This document shows, one piece after another, positions 32,401 to 43,578 of a stretch of 64,000 nt of DNA. The position numbers and the translations under genes were made by a program. The DNA comes from Thecamonas trahens ATCC 50062 (taxonomy: Eukaryota > Protista > Apusomonadida). Numbering within the stretch: position 1 is the first letter of the stretch; the number at the start of each line of letters is the position of its first letter. A model generated the notes under the pieces. It saw only the letters and a program-made list of their open reading frames with translations. It had not been told where the DNA came from and ran no database searches. The stretch lies in assembly GCF_000142905.1 (NCBI RefSeq), contig NW_013657665.1:436039-500038 (forward strand), in the 5' to 3' direction.

Positions 32401-32857
32401 NNNNNNNNNNNNNNNNNNNNNNNNNNNNNNNNNNNNNNNNNNNNNNNNNNNNNNNNNNNNNNNNNNNNNNNNNNNNNNNNNNNNNNNNNNNNAGTAGTTT
32501 CCCCATCCGTCCCCCTCCCCCTCCCCCCCCCCCCCCCCTACCCACACATCACATACCAACAAACGCATGCGGAGGCTCCTGGCGAATGACCTGCTGCTGC
32601 TTTTCCAAGAGGGCAAGGTAGTCCTTGACCGGGAGCTCGACCATGGACGCAGCCGAGTCGGCAGGTGCGGCGGTGGGCGCTGGCGGCGGCATGGACGAGA
32701 GAGCGACGCTCTTGGCGCTCGTCTTGCTCTTGGCTACCTTGCGCATCTGCAGGGGCGCTGTCGCCTCGACCTGGTGGTAGTGTTGCATGTACGATGCCGG
32801 TGGCCGCCTCGACCCGCCGCGGACCATCGACCGGATGTTGTGACGCTTGCTCTTCAT
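29488..32857 (-). CDS. Uncharacterised beta-rich protein; exon 1 about 32557-32857, exon 2 29488-31505; ends FGCC
   Basis: Donor GTATGT at 32556 and acceptor TTTTGCTGCAG at 31506 are phase-compatible and give EPPHAFVVNALEMEG. The intron spans the gap, so further exons are possible. Confidence 0.7.
31557..31700 (+). repeat. Intronic 22-bp minisatellite GGCTGCGAAGGAATRCGGGCAT, about 6.5 copies
   Basis: Contiguous copies with few substitutions and no spacers. Confidence 0.92.
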
Positions 32858-33389
32858 GCTGATTCCTTCTGTTCCCACCTGGCGGTTGCGACGAGTGTCC
32901 GCCGCCCGCCGCCCGCCGCCCGCCGCCCGCCGACCCCACCCACTCCCCCCTCTCCACCGACACCGACATCGACACCGACTGACGATGACCCAGCCATGAC
33001 CATGGCCTGGCCCGAGTTTTCCCTTGCTCTACCTGGCCCCGCAGCCCACAACTGCCTCGGCCCACGCCATCAGCTACGGCCGCCCGCCTGCGTCGCTGCT
33101 GATCAAGACAGGGCCCAAGTCTGGCTGGCCAAGGACAAGGCTCTCCCGCTATGAGTGACTAGGTCCAAGTGCGATCGAGTTGCCGATGGGGCGCCGATGC
33201 CGACGACGACGGGCACGGCGAGATGGACGACGAGGAGCGCGATGAGAGGGAGGGTGAGAGCAAAAAGGGGCGAGAGCTGGACGGCAACGACCATGGCCAC
33301 TGTTGCCGGCTGGCTTGTGGCGACTGCGTCGACGGCGGGTACGAGGCGATCTTCACTGCATTGGCGAACAGACACCCTATCACTGACAG

Positions 33390-36300
33390 TTACGACGATG
33401 ACCGCTTGAGGAGAGCCTGAGCAAACTTGGCCACCTGCTCTTCGACGCTATCGGTCTCGTTGACGCTTGCAAGAAAGTCTGTCGTGCTGCCCGAGAGGAC
33501 CACCACTGACGAGCTGGAGGCCGAGCTAGCCGAGCCGGCCGAATCCGAGTGAGAGCCGGAGGCTACGCCCGAAGCCACTGAGCTGGCGTCGAGCTCGCCG
33601 GGATCAGTAAACTCGACCGACGAGTCGGACGACGACGAGCTCGGCAGTGCAAACTGCGACTCGACGTCGTCACTAATGTCGGAAAAGGCAGAGAGGCCCA
33701 TGACACTGCTGCCGCGTGAGTCGCTCTCGTCGACAAGGTCCATGACCTCGTTGGCGGCCGCGAGGGCGGCAGCAGCCTCAGCAGTCGCCTCTTCGGGTGA
33801 GCCTGACGCAAAACGCGGCGGTGACGACCCGGCTGTCGACGAGAATGAAGCCGAGAGCGCGCTGGTGACCGCCGGTGAGAGCCGGATCGCCGAATGTGGC
33901 GACGAGAGGGCCGAGGTGGCTGGGGCCGCACGCGCGTGCGCGACAGCCGGGGGAGCAGCGAGCGCGGCGGCGGTCGCAGTGTCGTCGGCAGGATTGTCAT
34001 CATCGGCGTAGTCGACCCACAGCGAGGCCTGGGTCGCGGTGGTGTTGTAGTCGGTGTCGATGGCCTGGCAGTTGACAATGGCAAACCGCAGCCGCTGCTC
34101 GAGCACCTCCTTGCAGCTGTACTGCGGGAGGTAGATGGAAAAGTTGCACGTGTTGGCGCGCGGGAAGCCGTCGGGCGCCTTGCTCGTCTCGACAGTAATC
34201 ATAAACTGCTGGTTCCAGTCGGTGTCGCGGAGCGGGAGCCGGTTCCGACCCCAAACAAAGCGGAGGAAGAGCTGGCGCTCCGCCGGCGAAAACTCGCTCA
34301 GCACCTCCCACAGGTACTCGACAGTGGTCGACTCGCGACACTGTCCGTTGAACACCGTATGCCGCTTGAGCGTCTCCAGATTGACGTCTGGTGCGCCGCA
34401 GACAAGATACTCGAGGTCAGCTCCGGTGCAGAGAGAGAGCGACGAGAGCGGGACGACCGCACCCAGCCCGCGCCGCAGTGCCCGGATCTGACTCGCGCCG
34501 GTGGCGAGGTGCGCCTCCACCTGAAGCCGGGCAAACTCGACCCGCCGCTCGTACGTCACCTGTTCTTCGCGCCCGCCAGGCACAAGCTCGACTTCCTCGC
34601 CACTCGCCAGCACCGCGACAAACCGCTCGTCGAGCCATTCTTCAAACACATCGCGCTTCATCGCCACCATCTCCCGCAGCGAGTTGACCAGCATCCGGTC
34701 TTGCGCCTCCAGGTCGGCCACGTCGACCCTTGCGCCCAGCATCCGCTTCCACACCGTCGGCGCCAGTGCCACAGGCATGTTCACATTTGTCCGCAGGCCC
34801 ATGCCGAGCAGCGCGCCGGCAAACTCAAACATCGCCAGCTGAAGATCGCTTGTCGCTCCCGAGTTGACCACGTACCTATCGCGGTTGATGCCGACACCGT
34901 TGACGCCGTTGGGCGAGAGCTCGAAGAGCGGTGTCACGTCTGACATCAGGTCCGCGCACGCGAGCATCAGCGCCTCGCGGTACGGCCCGCCGCCGTCCAT
35001 CGAGCCCTCACCGAGAAAGCCGATCTGGAACATGTTGTCATTCTTGCCGCCGCGCAGCGCGCTGTAGTCGAGGTGCCGCAGCTGCGAAAAGAGCTGGCCA
35101 AAGATCGAGTTGAGCCCGTCGCTATCTTCGGCCCGCGCCTTTTCGACCGTGCCACAACCCGCGCCTTAGCCCGATTGACGTTGACCCGCAAGTACGTCGC
35201 CGGCGCCGCCGCCCCCATCGTTCGCACCAGAAGCGCGAGCTTGATCTCGGCAAAGATAACGCCTCGCAGGTAGTCCACTACCTGCGGCGCATCCACCTCG
35301 CTCACACACGCCGCAAGCACGTTCCACTCGGCCGGCTCGTCGCGACTACCGCGCCGCGACGGGATGACTGCCGCCCCAACTTGGTTGAACAGCCGCACGA
35401 GTACAAACCGCGCCCGGAGAACCTCACTGGAAATCCCACTCAGCGCTGGCAGCTGCGCAGTCTCTTCGGCGCTCAGCTCGAGAGCCGCCGCGTCCAGCGC
35501 TGCCGTCGGCACGCCCCACCGCCGCGCCTGCGCAGACGCAAGCTCAACGAGCTCCTCGTCGGCGCGCAGTGACCAGGCTACCGGATCGGCAGCGCCCGGC
35601 GCACCGCTTCCGATGCGGAACGCGCTCCACAGCACGTCCCGCATTTGCTCCCGCACCTCGAGTGCCGCCACGCTCCAATTGTCGGCAGAGCCCACGCGCG
35701 CGAACGGGTGCTTGGGGTGTGCGCTCGCCAGGCTACCGCCCATCTCGAGCAACAGCGCATGGTCGAGTACAGTCTCTGGGAGCAGACCCGGCGCCGCCTG
35801 CGCCAGCACCTCGGCCTCCTTCCGGCTCATCATGTCGGCAAACGGCGAGGCGTACGGCGGCGCAGAGACCACAAGATATCGCCCGAGTGCGAGCGCGGCA
35901 TCCGAGTCGGGCGCGACCGAGAACCCGAGCTCGGAGCGCGGGATCGAGCTCACCGCTCTTCCGTGAGAAGAAGAGACCGATGAACCCATGCCATAGTAGC
36001 CACCACCATTCCCGCCGCTCGGGCCCCCACCGCCAAAGTATGCAGAGTACGGGCCGGGCCCGGAGCTATACGGCGAGCTCGACGAACCAAAGGCCGACCG
36101 CATCCCGCCGCGCATCATGCTCGACGGCGATGGCTCGGACGAGCCGGGCTGAAACGCCACAACAGGGTGCGACGGTGGGTGTGCCCCCGATGAAAAGCAC
36201 ATCTCGCACAGCACCATGCCGCGACAAAGAGAGCACCGATACGCCGGCATCCCGGTCCGACACACGCGGCACCCACCGCTCCCCCGCGCCGAGCTCGATC

Positions 36301-36522
36301 CGCCCCCACCGTACATTCCGCTTCCGCTCCGCCGCCCACTCAGCGCACCGCCACTTCCGAACGCCGCCGCCGCAGAGCCAGCTGCCGTCGGCGTCGGCAT
36401 CGGCGATGAGTACGCACCGGCGGAACTCCCAGGCACTGATCCGAAAAATTGCCGCTGCTCGGCCCAGCCCGCGACCGCCCGCCGCCACCAAAGCCTCCGT
36501 GCGGCCCATACCCGGGATACAT
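33390..36522 (-). CDS. HECT E3 ubiquitin ligase (HERC/HECTD-like HECT) with ZZ-type zinc finger; frameshifts near 35140 and 36445
   Basis: FLGEGSMDGGGPYRE, FLRFVWGRNRLP, PRANTCNFSIYLPQYS (catalytic Cys); CRVC...YRCSLCRGMVLCEMCF...H..SH; start uncertain. Confidence 0.85.
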
Positions 36523-36958
36523 ATCCCAGAGCCGGTCCTGTACCTCCCGTCACCAAAGCAAGCCCCCCCCACCCCCCCACCAGACCGTGTCCGCATGAGT
36601 CGCCCTGCACCCTCTCGCCCAACAGTGCATGCCCACCCACCCGCCTGCCCACACTCTGCGCATGTCCCCGCTGATCTCGCCCCAAACAGAAGCTACGGCT
36701 CTGCACAGCAGGCACCCACCACAGGCAGCCGCTAGCAGGGTACATTCAGCAGAATGCACGTGCAGGAGCAGTGGGCTGGCGCTGGTGCAATGGCCATGCT
36801 TCACCCGAGCCGTACCTGTCGCGGCGGAGTGAGCTGGTTTGGTCGGCCAACTGGCGTGTTGCTCCGCGCGCCTGGCCCCGGACTTGCCTTGCCCGCCTTC
36901 GACCAGCAACCCAGCCCATTATATGATCCATTTATCGCGAACCACACCACGCAAAACT

Positions 36959-38860
36959 TTATATAGACGATGATCCCGAGCCGCTGCTACTGCCATCAGT
37001 GGAAGAGCTTTCGCTCGAGCCTGAGCCCGAGTCCGAGCCCGAGCCCGAGCCTGAGCCCGAGTCCGAGCCCGACGAGCCGCTTGACGCCGAGTCGGCGCTT
37101 CGCAGCGAACTCTGCTCATCAGCCTCGGTGATGGGAGAAGCAGCGAGCGAAGAGGGGCGGCTTCCGGCGTAGTGCTCGGAGGGAGCCTCGACATCGGACT
37201 TGACCGACGACATGTACGGATGGTTGAGCGCTTGGGAGGCGGTGAGGCGCTCGGCCGGGTCGATGCGGAGGAGCTTGGCGATGAGGTCAAGAGCGCGCGG
37301 GTCGACGTTGGCGGCATGGGGCGAAAAGTCGCGGAGCGGAATGGCACTCCGCGGGAGCGTAGCGTCTGATTTGAGGCGCGAGGCCTTGAGTCCGTGGTTC
37401 GCGGATGCCGACTTGAGCGAGTACTTTTTGACAAAGGCGGCGTAGGCGTCGGTGCCGAGGAGCGAGATGATGGCGCGGAGATTTGCGGGGTGGGTGAGGT
37501 CGGGCGCCGACTTGCTCTTGAGCGGCATGATAAAGTGCTTGTGGATGAGGGCACGGGCGAGCATGACGCCTGCAGCCCACATGTCGACGGCGTAGTCGAA
37601 GCGCGGGTAGTGGAGGAGAACTTCGGGCGCCTTGTACGTGGGTGTCCCCATCCAGCGCCGCTTGGGGCGAGTCAAGCGATGGTGGATAGCGTGGCCAAAG
37701 TCGATGAGCCGCAGCGACTTGGTGCTTGCATTGAAAATGACGTTGCCATTCTTGACGTCACCGTGGATGATGTTCCGCGAGTGGCAGTACTCGAGAGCAA
37801 TGAGGAGCTTGCAAAAGTAGAATTGGGCCTGGCATGCTGTGAGGCGCGAGAAAGAGCGTCCGACCTGTGATGGCGAGCCGATCGACTCGAGGATGAGGAT
37901 GTGCTCGTCGTCGGTCTTGATCATGTCAAGCAGCGAAATGACGTTGGGTCCCGAGTGGACCCGCTGAAGGATGGCGGCTTCGCGGGCATCGGCCGCGGTT
38001 TTGGTCACCTTGACCACCACCGGCTCGCCAGTCTCTTTGTCGGTGCCACGAAAGACAAACGACTGCCCACCCTCGCCCATCGATTGCGACCGGTCGATGC
38101 GGTACCGCTTGAGGCTCCGCGTCCAGCGGAACGGGGTAAGCCTGCGCTGGTGAAGCCGATCCGAGAAGAGCTGGCAGTGGGAGCCACGCGAGCTGCGCCG
38201 CGAGTCGCGAGCCAGCGGCGACGGCGATCCAACGCGCCGATGCACAGACTCGGACCGGGCGCGGCGAGAAGCCCGGCCTCCACCGATGGCACTTTTGGGC
38301 CTGGACCTTGCCTTGGACTTGGACTTGGATTTGTCTTTGTCTTTGTCCTTGTCTTTGTCCTTGGCCTTTGCCTTTGCCTCCCGGCGGCGGGATGACGAGG
38401 TCAGAGCCAACCTGTCCATCGCCATCGCGGCTGCAACCAGGTTATGCGGGCCGTCGGGCTCGGTGGTCGAGGCGGCTGTTGCCGTGGTCGCGGTCACCGA
38501 GTCGGACGAAAACGAGCCCGAGTACGACGACGCCGAGCCTGAGACGTCTGATGAGTCCGACGAGTCGGAGGTCGAGTCCGGGTGCGAGCTCGAGCTCGAC
38601 GAGCCGGCCGACTCATCCGAGACGGTCTCTAGGCAGCGGACATGCGAGGCACCAGCATTCCATGACGTGCTTCCTGTGTGCGATCGGACGCGCCGATGCC
38701 TGTCCACCCGCCGCCTAGTTTTGGCGACGGACCGCGGCTGCGGCGCGCCCCACTCCATTGAGCCGCCAAAGCCCGACCTCGACATGGTCCTCTTGGACGA
38801 CCGCGAGGTCGAGAGCGACCTTCTCCCACCCACGACCGGACTGTACCTCACATCATCCAC
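36959..38860 (-). CDS. Divergent casein kinase 2 alpha-like protein kinase with long Ser/Arg-rich N-terminus
   Basis: GPNVISLLD, LLIALEYCHSRNIIHGDVK, LRLIDFG, YKAPEVLL..FDYAVDMW, ALDLIAKLLRIDPAERLTA.QALNHPY. Confidence 0.85.
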   Translation of the reverse strand: MDDVRYSPVVGGRRSLSTSRSSKRTMSRSGFGGSMEWGAPQPRSVAKTRRRVDRHRRVRSHTGSTSWNAGASHVRCLETVSDESAGSSSSSSHPDSTSDSSDSSDVSGSASSYSGSFSSDSVTATTATAASTTEPDGPHNLVAAAMAMDRLALTSSSRRREAKAKAKDKDKDKDKDKSKSKSKARSRPKSAIGGGRASRRARSESVHRRVGSPSPLARDSRRSSRGSHCQLFSDRLHQRRLTPFRWTRSLKRYRIDRSQSMGEGGQSFVFRGTDKETGEPVVVKVTKTAADAREAAILQRVHSGPNVISLLDMIKTDDEHILILESIGSPSQVGRSFSRLTACQAQFYFCKLLIALEYCHSRNIIHGDVKNGNVIFNASTKSLRLIDFGHAIHHRLTRPKRRWMGTPTYKAPEVLLHYPRFDYAVDMWAAGVMLARALIHKHFIMPLKSKSAPDLTHPANLRAIISLLGTDAYAAFVKKYSLKSASANHGLKASRLKSDATLPRSAIPLRDFSPHAANVDPRALDLIAKLLRIDPAERLTASQALNHPYMSSVKSDVEAPSEHYAGSRPSSLAASPITEADEQSSLRSADSASSGSSGSDSGSGSGSGSDSGSGSSESSSTDGSSSGSGSSSI

Positions 38861-39305
38861 CCCATGTGATCCTTAGTGAGTTTGTGGTGGTCTGGACAGG
38901 CAGCCATGCAGGAGCCCGCAGCGGTGCGGGAGGCGGCAGCCGCAGGTACGTACCTCTGCTCGTCGGACGAGTACGACTCATGCGACGAGGGAAAGGCGCC
39001 CCAGAGGAAGGAGCCCTGTTTATAGGCGGCCATAGCGATGTCTGGGGATGGGCTGGACAGGCGAGTGGATGACTGGCGGTGTGTGGCCGATTGCTGGGAT
39101 TCCCTATCGCCCTACACGACTAGTGCGGTGTGGCTGCAGTGTGGTGACGGTGAGTGGTGAGTGACGGTGAGTGGCGAGTGACGACTCGCCTTGGCCAGCC
39201 AGCCTGCCCGCCGGCCAACTGTGGTGACCTTCAGGTGGCTCCGAGCCAAGGCGACACAGCCATAGCCATAGCCATTGCCGCACACCTCACCCCAACCCGG
39301 CTTCC

Positions 39306-41186
39306 ATGGCTGCACCTCCACCACCGCCATCAAGCACACTCACCGCAGCGTACGCCCATCCGCCGCTGCCGCCACTACCGGTCCCACCGCTGGAAAAGAC
39401 GCTGGCACGGTGGCTGGACTCGCTGGCGCCGCCGCTCTCTGACGCTGCCATCGCCGAGGCCAAAGACGCTGTGGAGGCATGTCTCGCATGCGAGGACGTG
39501 CGCGCAGCGCAGGCACGGCTGGAGGAGCGTGCGGTGAGCGAGCCGTCGTGGCTCGATGACTGGTGGCTGACCGGGGCATACACCAGCTGGCCGAGTCCGA
39601 CTCCGTACCTCTCCAACTACTTTATCGGCTACCCGGCCGAGGCGCTGCCGGAGGCGTTGCGCGGATCGCAAGCGGCAGCAAGTGCATACATGGCCGCCGG
39701 CTTTGTAGCATTTTTCGCCAAGCTCGCTGCAGGCCGGATCCCGCGCGAGTACATGGGCCGCAAGCCGCGCATCCCACTCTCGATGCACCAGTACGCCGCG
39801 CTGTGGGGCACTACCCGGATCCCAGGCGAGGCTGGTGACTCGCTACTGGCATCACGCCATGCTGGTGATCTTCAGCTCCCGGTCAAGGCACTGGTCATCT
39901 CTCCGGCCGGCTACTTTATTGTCACCCTTGCTCCGGCGCTGTCGGAGGACTGCCCGGTCGACATGGCAGCGCTGGCAGCGACGCTAGAGGCCCTTGCGCG
40001 TCTACCCCCAGTTGACGAGCTCGATGCGTCAGCACGGATCCTGGGTGAGCTCTCTGCCGGCGAGCGGCCGAACTGGGCACAAGCGCGGACGCTCCTGCTC
40101 GAGCACGAGCCCGCAATCAACGGGCCAGCTCTCGACGCCATCGCCGACACAGCGCTCGCCATTGTTCTCGACCCACACGAGCCGGACAGCACTCTCGACG
40201 CGACACGGACCGCGGCCGGAGGCGATGCGTCGCTTCGCATGTTTGACAAGACCATTCAGATCATCGCGTACGGCAACGGCATCATCGGCGTCAACGGCGA
40301 GCACTCCCCGGCCGATGCCATCTCGACCGTCTACGTCTTTAACGACATCCACACCGCCGAGCCGCCACCAGCGCTGCTGCACTGGCTTGCTACGCCGTCC
40401 CACGCGCCGCGCAAGACAAACGTGACCCTCGCCGTGGCGCCCGTCCGGCTCGCGGTCCCGCGGCAGGCGCTCGCGCCTGTACTCGTCGCGGCACGGACCT
40501 CGTTTGCCACCGCCTCGGAGGACTTTGACGAGGATTTGCTCTTCTACAACACCTTTGGTCACGACGCACTCAAAGCCGGGCGGACATCGCCAGACGCGTT
40601 TATTCAGATGGCCATTGGCCTGGCGTACTTCCGGCTCCATGGCAAGCACGCGGTGACGTACGAGACCGGACAGACGCGGCAGTTTGCGCTCGGGCGGACC
40701 GAGACGGTTCGAGCAGCAAGCTCGGAGCGGGCGGCGTTCATCGAGGCCATGGGCGCGCCCGACGCCACCGTGACCGAAAAGCGAGCTGCACTCGACGCCG
40801 CCATCAAACGGCACCTTGCGCTGCTGAAAGACGCGTGCTTTGGTGCAGGTGTCGATCGGCACTTGCTGGGCCTGCGGATGGCGTGCTCTGAGCTCGGACT
40901 CCCGCTCCCGGAGCTTTTCTCCACCGAGGCCTTTATCACCTCGTCGCAGTGGGTCATCTCGTCGTCGAACACCAACCCTGCACCGTTTCCGCGCATCGGC
41001 GGCTTTGGTCCTGTCGTCCACCCGCACGGCTACGGCATCTGCTACTCGACACTCCCGGACATGATTTGCGTCAACATCACGTCGTGGCGGTCGAGCGAAG
41101 AGACATCGTCGGCAGCCATGCGCAAGGCGCTTGCGGGAGCCTTTACCGATGTCGGTGCGTTGGTGGTCAACGTGCCTAAGCTGTAA
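39306..41186 (+). CDS. Carnitine O-acyltransferase (CRAT/CROT family), probably peroxisomal
   Basis: LPPLPVPPLEKTL, SWLDDWW, RMFDK, GEHSPADA (catalytic His), SPDAFIQMA, TYETGQTRQFALGRTETVR, GVDRHL, GYGICY; C-terminal PKL (PTS1-like). Confidence 0.93.
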   Translation: MAAPPPPPSSTLTAAYAHPPLPPLPVPPLEKTLARWLDSLAPPLSDAAIAEAKDAVEACLACEDVRAAQARLEERAVSEPSWLDDWWLTGAYTSWPSPTPYLSNYFIGYPAEALPEALRGSQAAASAYMAAGFVAFFAKLAAGRIPREYMGRKPRIPLSMHQYAALWGTTRIPGEAGDSLLASRHAGDLQLPVKALVISPAGYFIVTLAPALSEDCPVDMAALAATLEALARLPPVDELDASARILGELSAGERPNWAQARTLLLEHEPAINGPALDAIADTALAIVLDPHEPDSTLDATRTAAGGDASLRMFDKTIQIIAYGNGIIGVNGEHSPADAISTVYVFNDIHTAEPPPALLHWLATPSHAPRKTNVTLAVAPVRLAVPRQALAPVLVAARTSFATASEDFDEDLLFYNTFGHDALKAGRTSPDAFIQMAIGLAYFRLHGKHAVTYETGQTRQFALGRTETVRAASSERAAFIEAMGAPDATVTEKRAALDAAIKRHLALLKDACFGAGVDRHLLGLRMACSELGLPLPELFSTEAFITSSQWVISSSNTNPAPFPRIGGFGPVVHPHGYGICYSTLPDMICVNITSWRSSEETSSAAMRKALAGAFTDVGALVVNVPKL

Positions 41187-41285
41187 ACTCACCATGGTCG
41201 CGGCTAGGGGAGCCGGCGGCCGCCGACGTCGGGCCAAAGCCGACGACAAGGGGCCACACTCGAGGCAGCAAGGAGCACTTCTTCC

Positions 41286-43352
41286 ATGGCTGCCCCCCTC
41301 CACAGAGCTATATTCGAGGGCCGACCGGAGCAGGTGCGGCTGCTGGTGGCCCGCAGCGGGCCGGGCCTGCGCCTGGGCTTGTCCCGGACACCGGCGCTGT
41401 ATGCGGCAGCGGTGGCGGGCGACATGAACTGCGTCATGACGCTGCTGGCAAGCGCCCAGGAGGCCGATGACGCGTCGGTGCTCTCGCTCCCGCGCGGCGA
41501 CGGCGAGACTGCCCTACATGCGGCAGCTGCCCGTGGCCACAACGAGGTTGTCGGCCTCCTCCTTGCCATGGACGCCGCACCCGACACACCCGGCGGGGTC
41601 CTGGCCGCCACTCCGCTGTGGCTCGCTGCCCGCGCCGGACACACCGCCGTTGCCGAGATGCTGCTCAACGCTGGCGCGAATCCGTCAGCATGTGCTGCAG
41701 GCCGCGTCTCGGTCATGGGTGCCGCCGCCCGTTCCGGCGAGCCTGGCCTGGTCTCGCTGCTGCTGCGGTACGACGCCGACGTGGCGACTCCGGACGACCT
41801 TGGCTTTGCTCCGGTCCACGCCGCAGTCATGTCGCACGCACGTGGCGCCATTGGCGTCCTTAGCGTGCTGCTCGAGGCGCTGAGTGGCGTTTTGCATGTT
41901 CCGCGAGCCGCAGATCGCGCAAGAAGCTCGCTAATGCATCTGGCGGCCCGATACCGGCGATGGGAAAACGTGGCGCACTTGGTAGCAGTGGCAGGCGATG
42001 GCGCTTTCGGCGTACTGTCTGCCTGTGACGCGGATGGGTGCCGCCCAGTCGACCTGCTCACCGCGCCCGAGCCAGCCAGCAGCCTGCTGCACGCTCTCAT
42101 CCGCCAGCGGCTTGTTGCTGTGATACATGTCTGGCTTGCCGGCCTTGCCGAGGCGGGCGAGACCGAGGCACTGGACGCCGCGGTCTCCGTCCGTGAGAGC
42201 CGAAGCGGAAACACACCGCTTCACGCGGTGGCGAGCCTCGATGACGCCCGCGGGGCGGACGTGGCTTCTTCCATCCTGGCTCATGCTCCTGGTGTCGACA
42301 TTGACACCGCCAACCACAACGGCGACGCTGCGCTGGCGCTGGCGGCGCTGTTCCGGCGGCAGGCAACGGTGGAGACGCTTCTTGAGGCCGGTGCTGATCC
42401 GGACGCCACGAATGTGCGCGGATGGACCGCGCTCGACTATGCCGTCTCCAACTCGGACCTGGACATTATGCGGCTGCTGCTTGCAAAGCGCGATGCGAGC
42501 AAGCCGCTCGCGGCACGGTACATGGTCAAGGCCATCCAACGCAACGCCGCCAATGTTATGAGAGTCTTGATTGGTGCTGGCGCACCCAAAGATGCTGCGG
42601 TGTCGTGGACAGGCGCCGGGAATGGCTCCGACGTGGCGCAGGTCTCGCTCGTCGGCTTGGCTGCGGTCGAGCGGGCGTACGCTGCTCTGCGGCTGCTGCT
42701 CTCCACAGGCGCGAGCGTCGATCTGGCTGGCACAATCCACCCGCTTGTGGCACTCCTCCGAGCGCGGCCGGTGGTGGAGGGCGGCAGCATTGCGGTCCGA
42801 GGCAGCGGAGGCGGCGCGAGTGCGAGCAAGAGCGTGAGTTTGTCCGGCGACAGCCAGCTCAAGCGCTCGCTCTCGGGATCGACTTCGTTCGACTCCCCAC
42901 ACGCGCTGGCAGAGGGGAGGCGTCGCGGGTCCAGCGGCGGGCGGCGTGGCGGCGCCGGCGGCGAGCGGTCGGCGACGCTGCCGCGAGCCTCCGAGGGCCG
43001 GGCGCCGATTGCCGAGCTGAACACTATGGCAGCGCTCATCCTCCGCAACACACTCCCGCACCGCAAGCGTAAGTCGAACAAGAGCGCTGCGCTGTCGGAT
43101 GCAACGCTTGCGGTGCTCTCGAACGCGCTCGGCGCGGCGCTGGAGGCCGGCTACGACCAGATTGTCGCCGACTTGCTCAAGGCTGGCGCGCCGTACGATG
43201 AGCCGCTTGCGGCGCACGGAGGTCGAACCGGGCTAGAGCTGGCACGGACGCCGTACGCGCAACACAGCGTCAACGCGCGCCAGGCGTCAGATCTTCTACT
43301 TGGGCGCGATTTCAGGCAAGGGCGCGATGAGAGCTCGACGAGCAAGAAGTGA
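41286..43352 (+). CDS. Ankyrin-repeat protein
   Basis: Multiple GETALHAAA, TPLWLAA, GNTPLHAVA, GWTALDYAV motifs. Confidence 0.9.
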   Translation: MAAPLHRAIFEGRPEQVRLLVARSGPGLRLGLSRTPALYAAAVAGDMNCVMTLLASAQEADDASVLSLPRGDGETALHAAAARGHNEVVGLLLAMDAAPDTPGGVLAATPLWLAARAGHTAVAEMLLNAGANPSACAAGRVSVMGAAARSGEPGLVSLLLRYDADVATPDDLGFAPVHAAVMSHARGAIGVLSVLLEALSGVLHVPRAADRARSSLMHLAARYRRWENVAHLVAVAGDGAFGVLSACDADGCRPVDLLTAPEPASSLLHALIRQRLVAVIHVWLAGLAEAGETEALDAAVSVRESRSGNTPLHAVASLDDARGADVASSILAHAPGVDIDTANHNGDAALALAALFRRQATVETLLEAGADPDATNVRGWTALDYAVSNSDLDIMRLLLAKRDASKPLAARYMVKAIQRNAANVMRVLIGAGAPKDAAVSWTGAGNGSDVAQVSLVGLAAVERAYAALRLLLSTGASVDLAGTIHPLVALLRARPVVEGGSIAVRGSGGGASASKSVSLSGDSQLKRSLSGSTSFDSPHALAEGRRRGSSGGRRGGAGGERSATLPRASEGRAPIAELNTMAALILRNTLPHRKRKSNKSAALSDATLAVLSNALGAALEAGYDQIVADLLKAGAPYDEPLAAHGGRTGLELARTPYAQHSVNARQASDLLLGRDFRQGRDESSTSKK

Positions 43353-43458
43353 CCAAGTGTCGTGGTCAGGTCAGATCGGGTGCCTCGAGGGAGTAGGCCG
43401 GGACTGGGTTTGGCGCGAGACAGGAGGATGCGGACCAGACTGCTCCCTCGAGACGCCA

Positions 43459-43509
43459 ATGGGTGAGAAAGCAGAGGCGTTGCGGCGCGGGTTTTCATTG
43501 TATGTTAAC

Positions 43510-43578
<69 letters not shown>

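Noticed and set aside
33103-33420. Short ORFs downstream of the HECT gene
   Set aside because: Under 100 aa, no motifs, conflicting strands; not supportable
35132-35167. 10-bp direct repeat CCCGCGCCTT 26 nt apart at the HECT frameshift, suggesting an XBP1-like 26-nt unconventional intron, a 20-nt GT-AG micro-intron or a transposon footprint
   Set aside because: No convincing IRE1 CNGNNG stem-loops were seen; a one-base homopolymer undercall explains the shift more simply and matches the other sites
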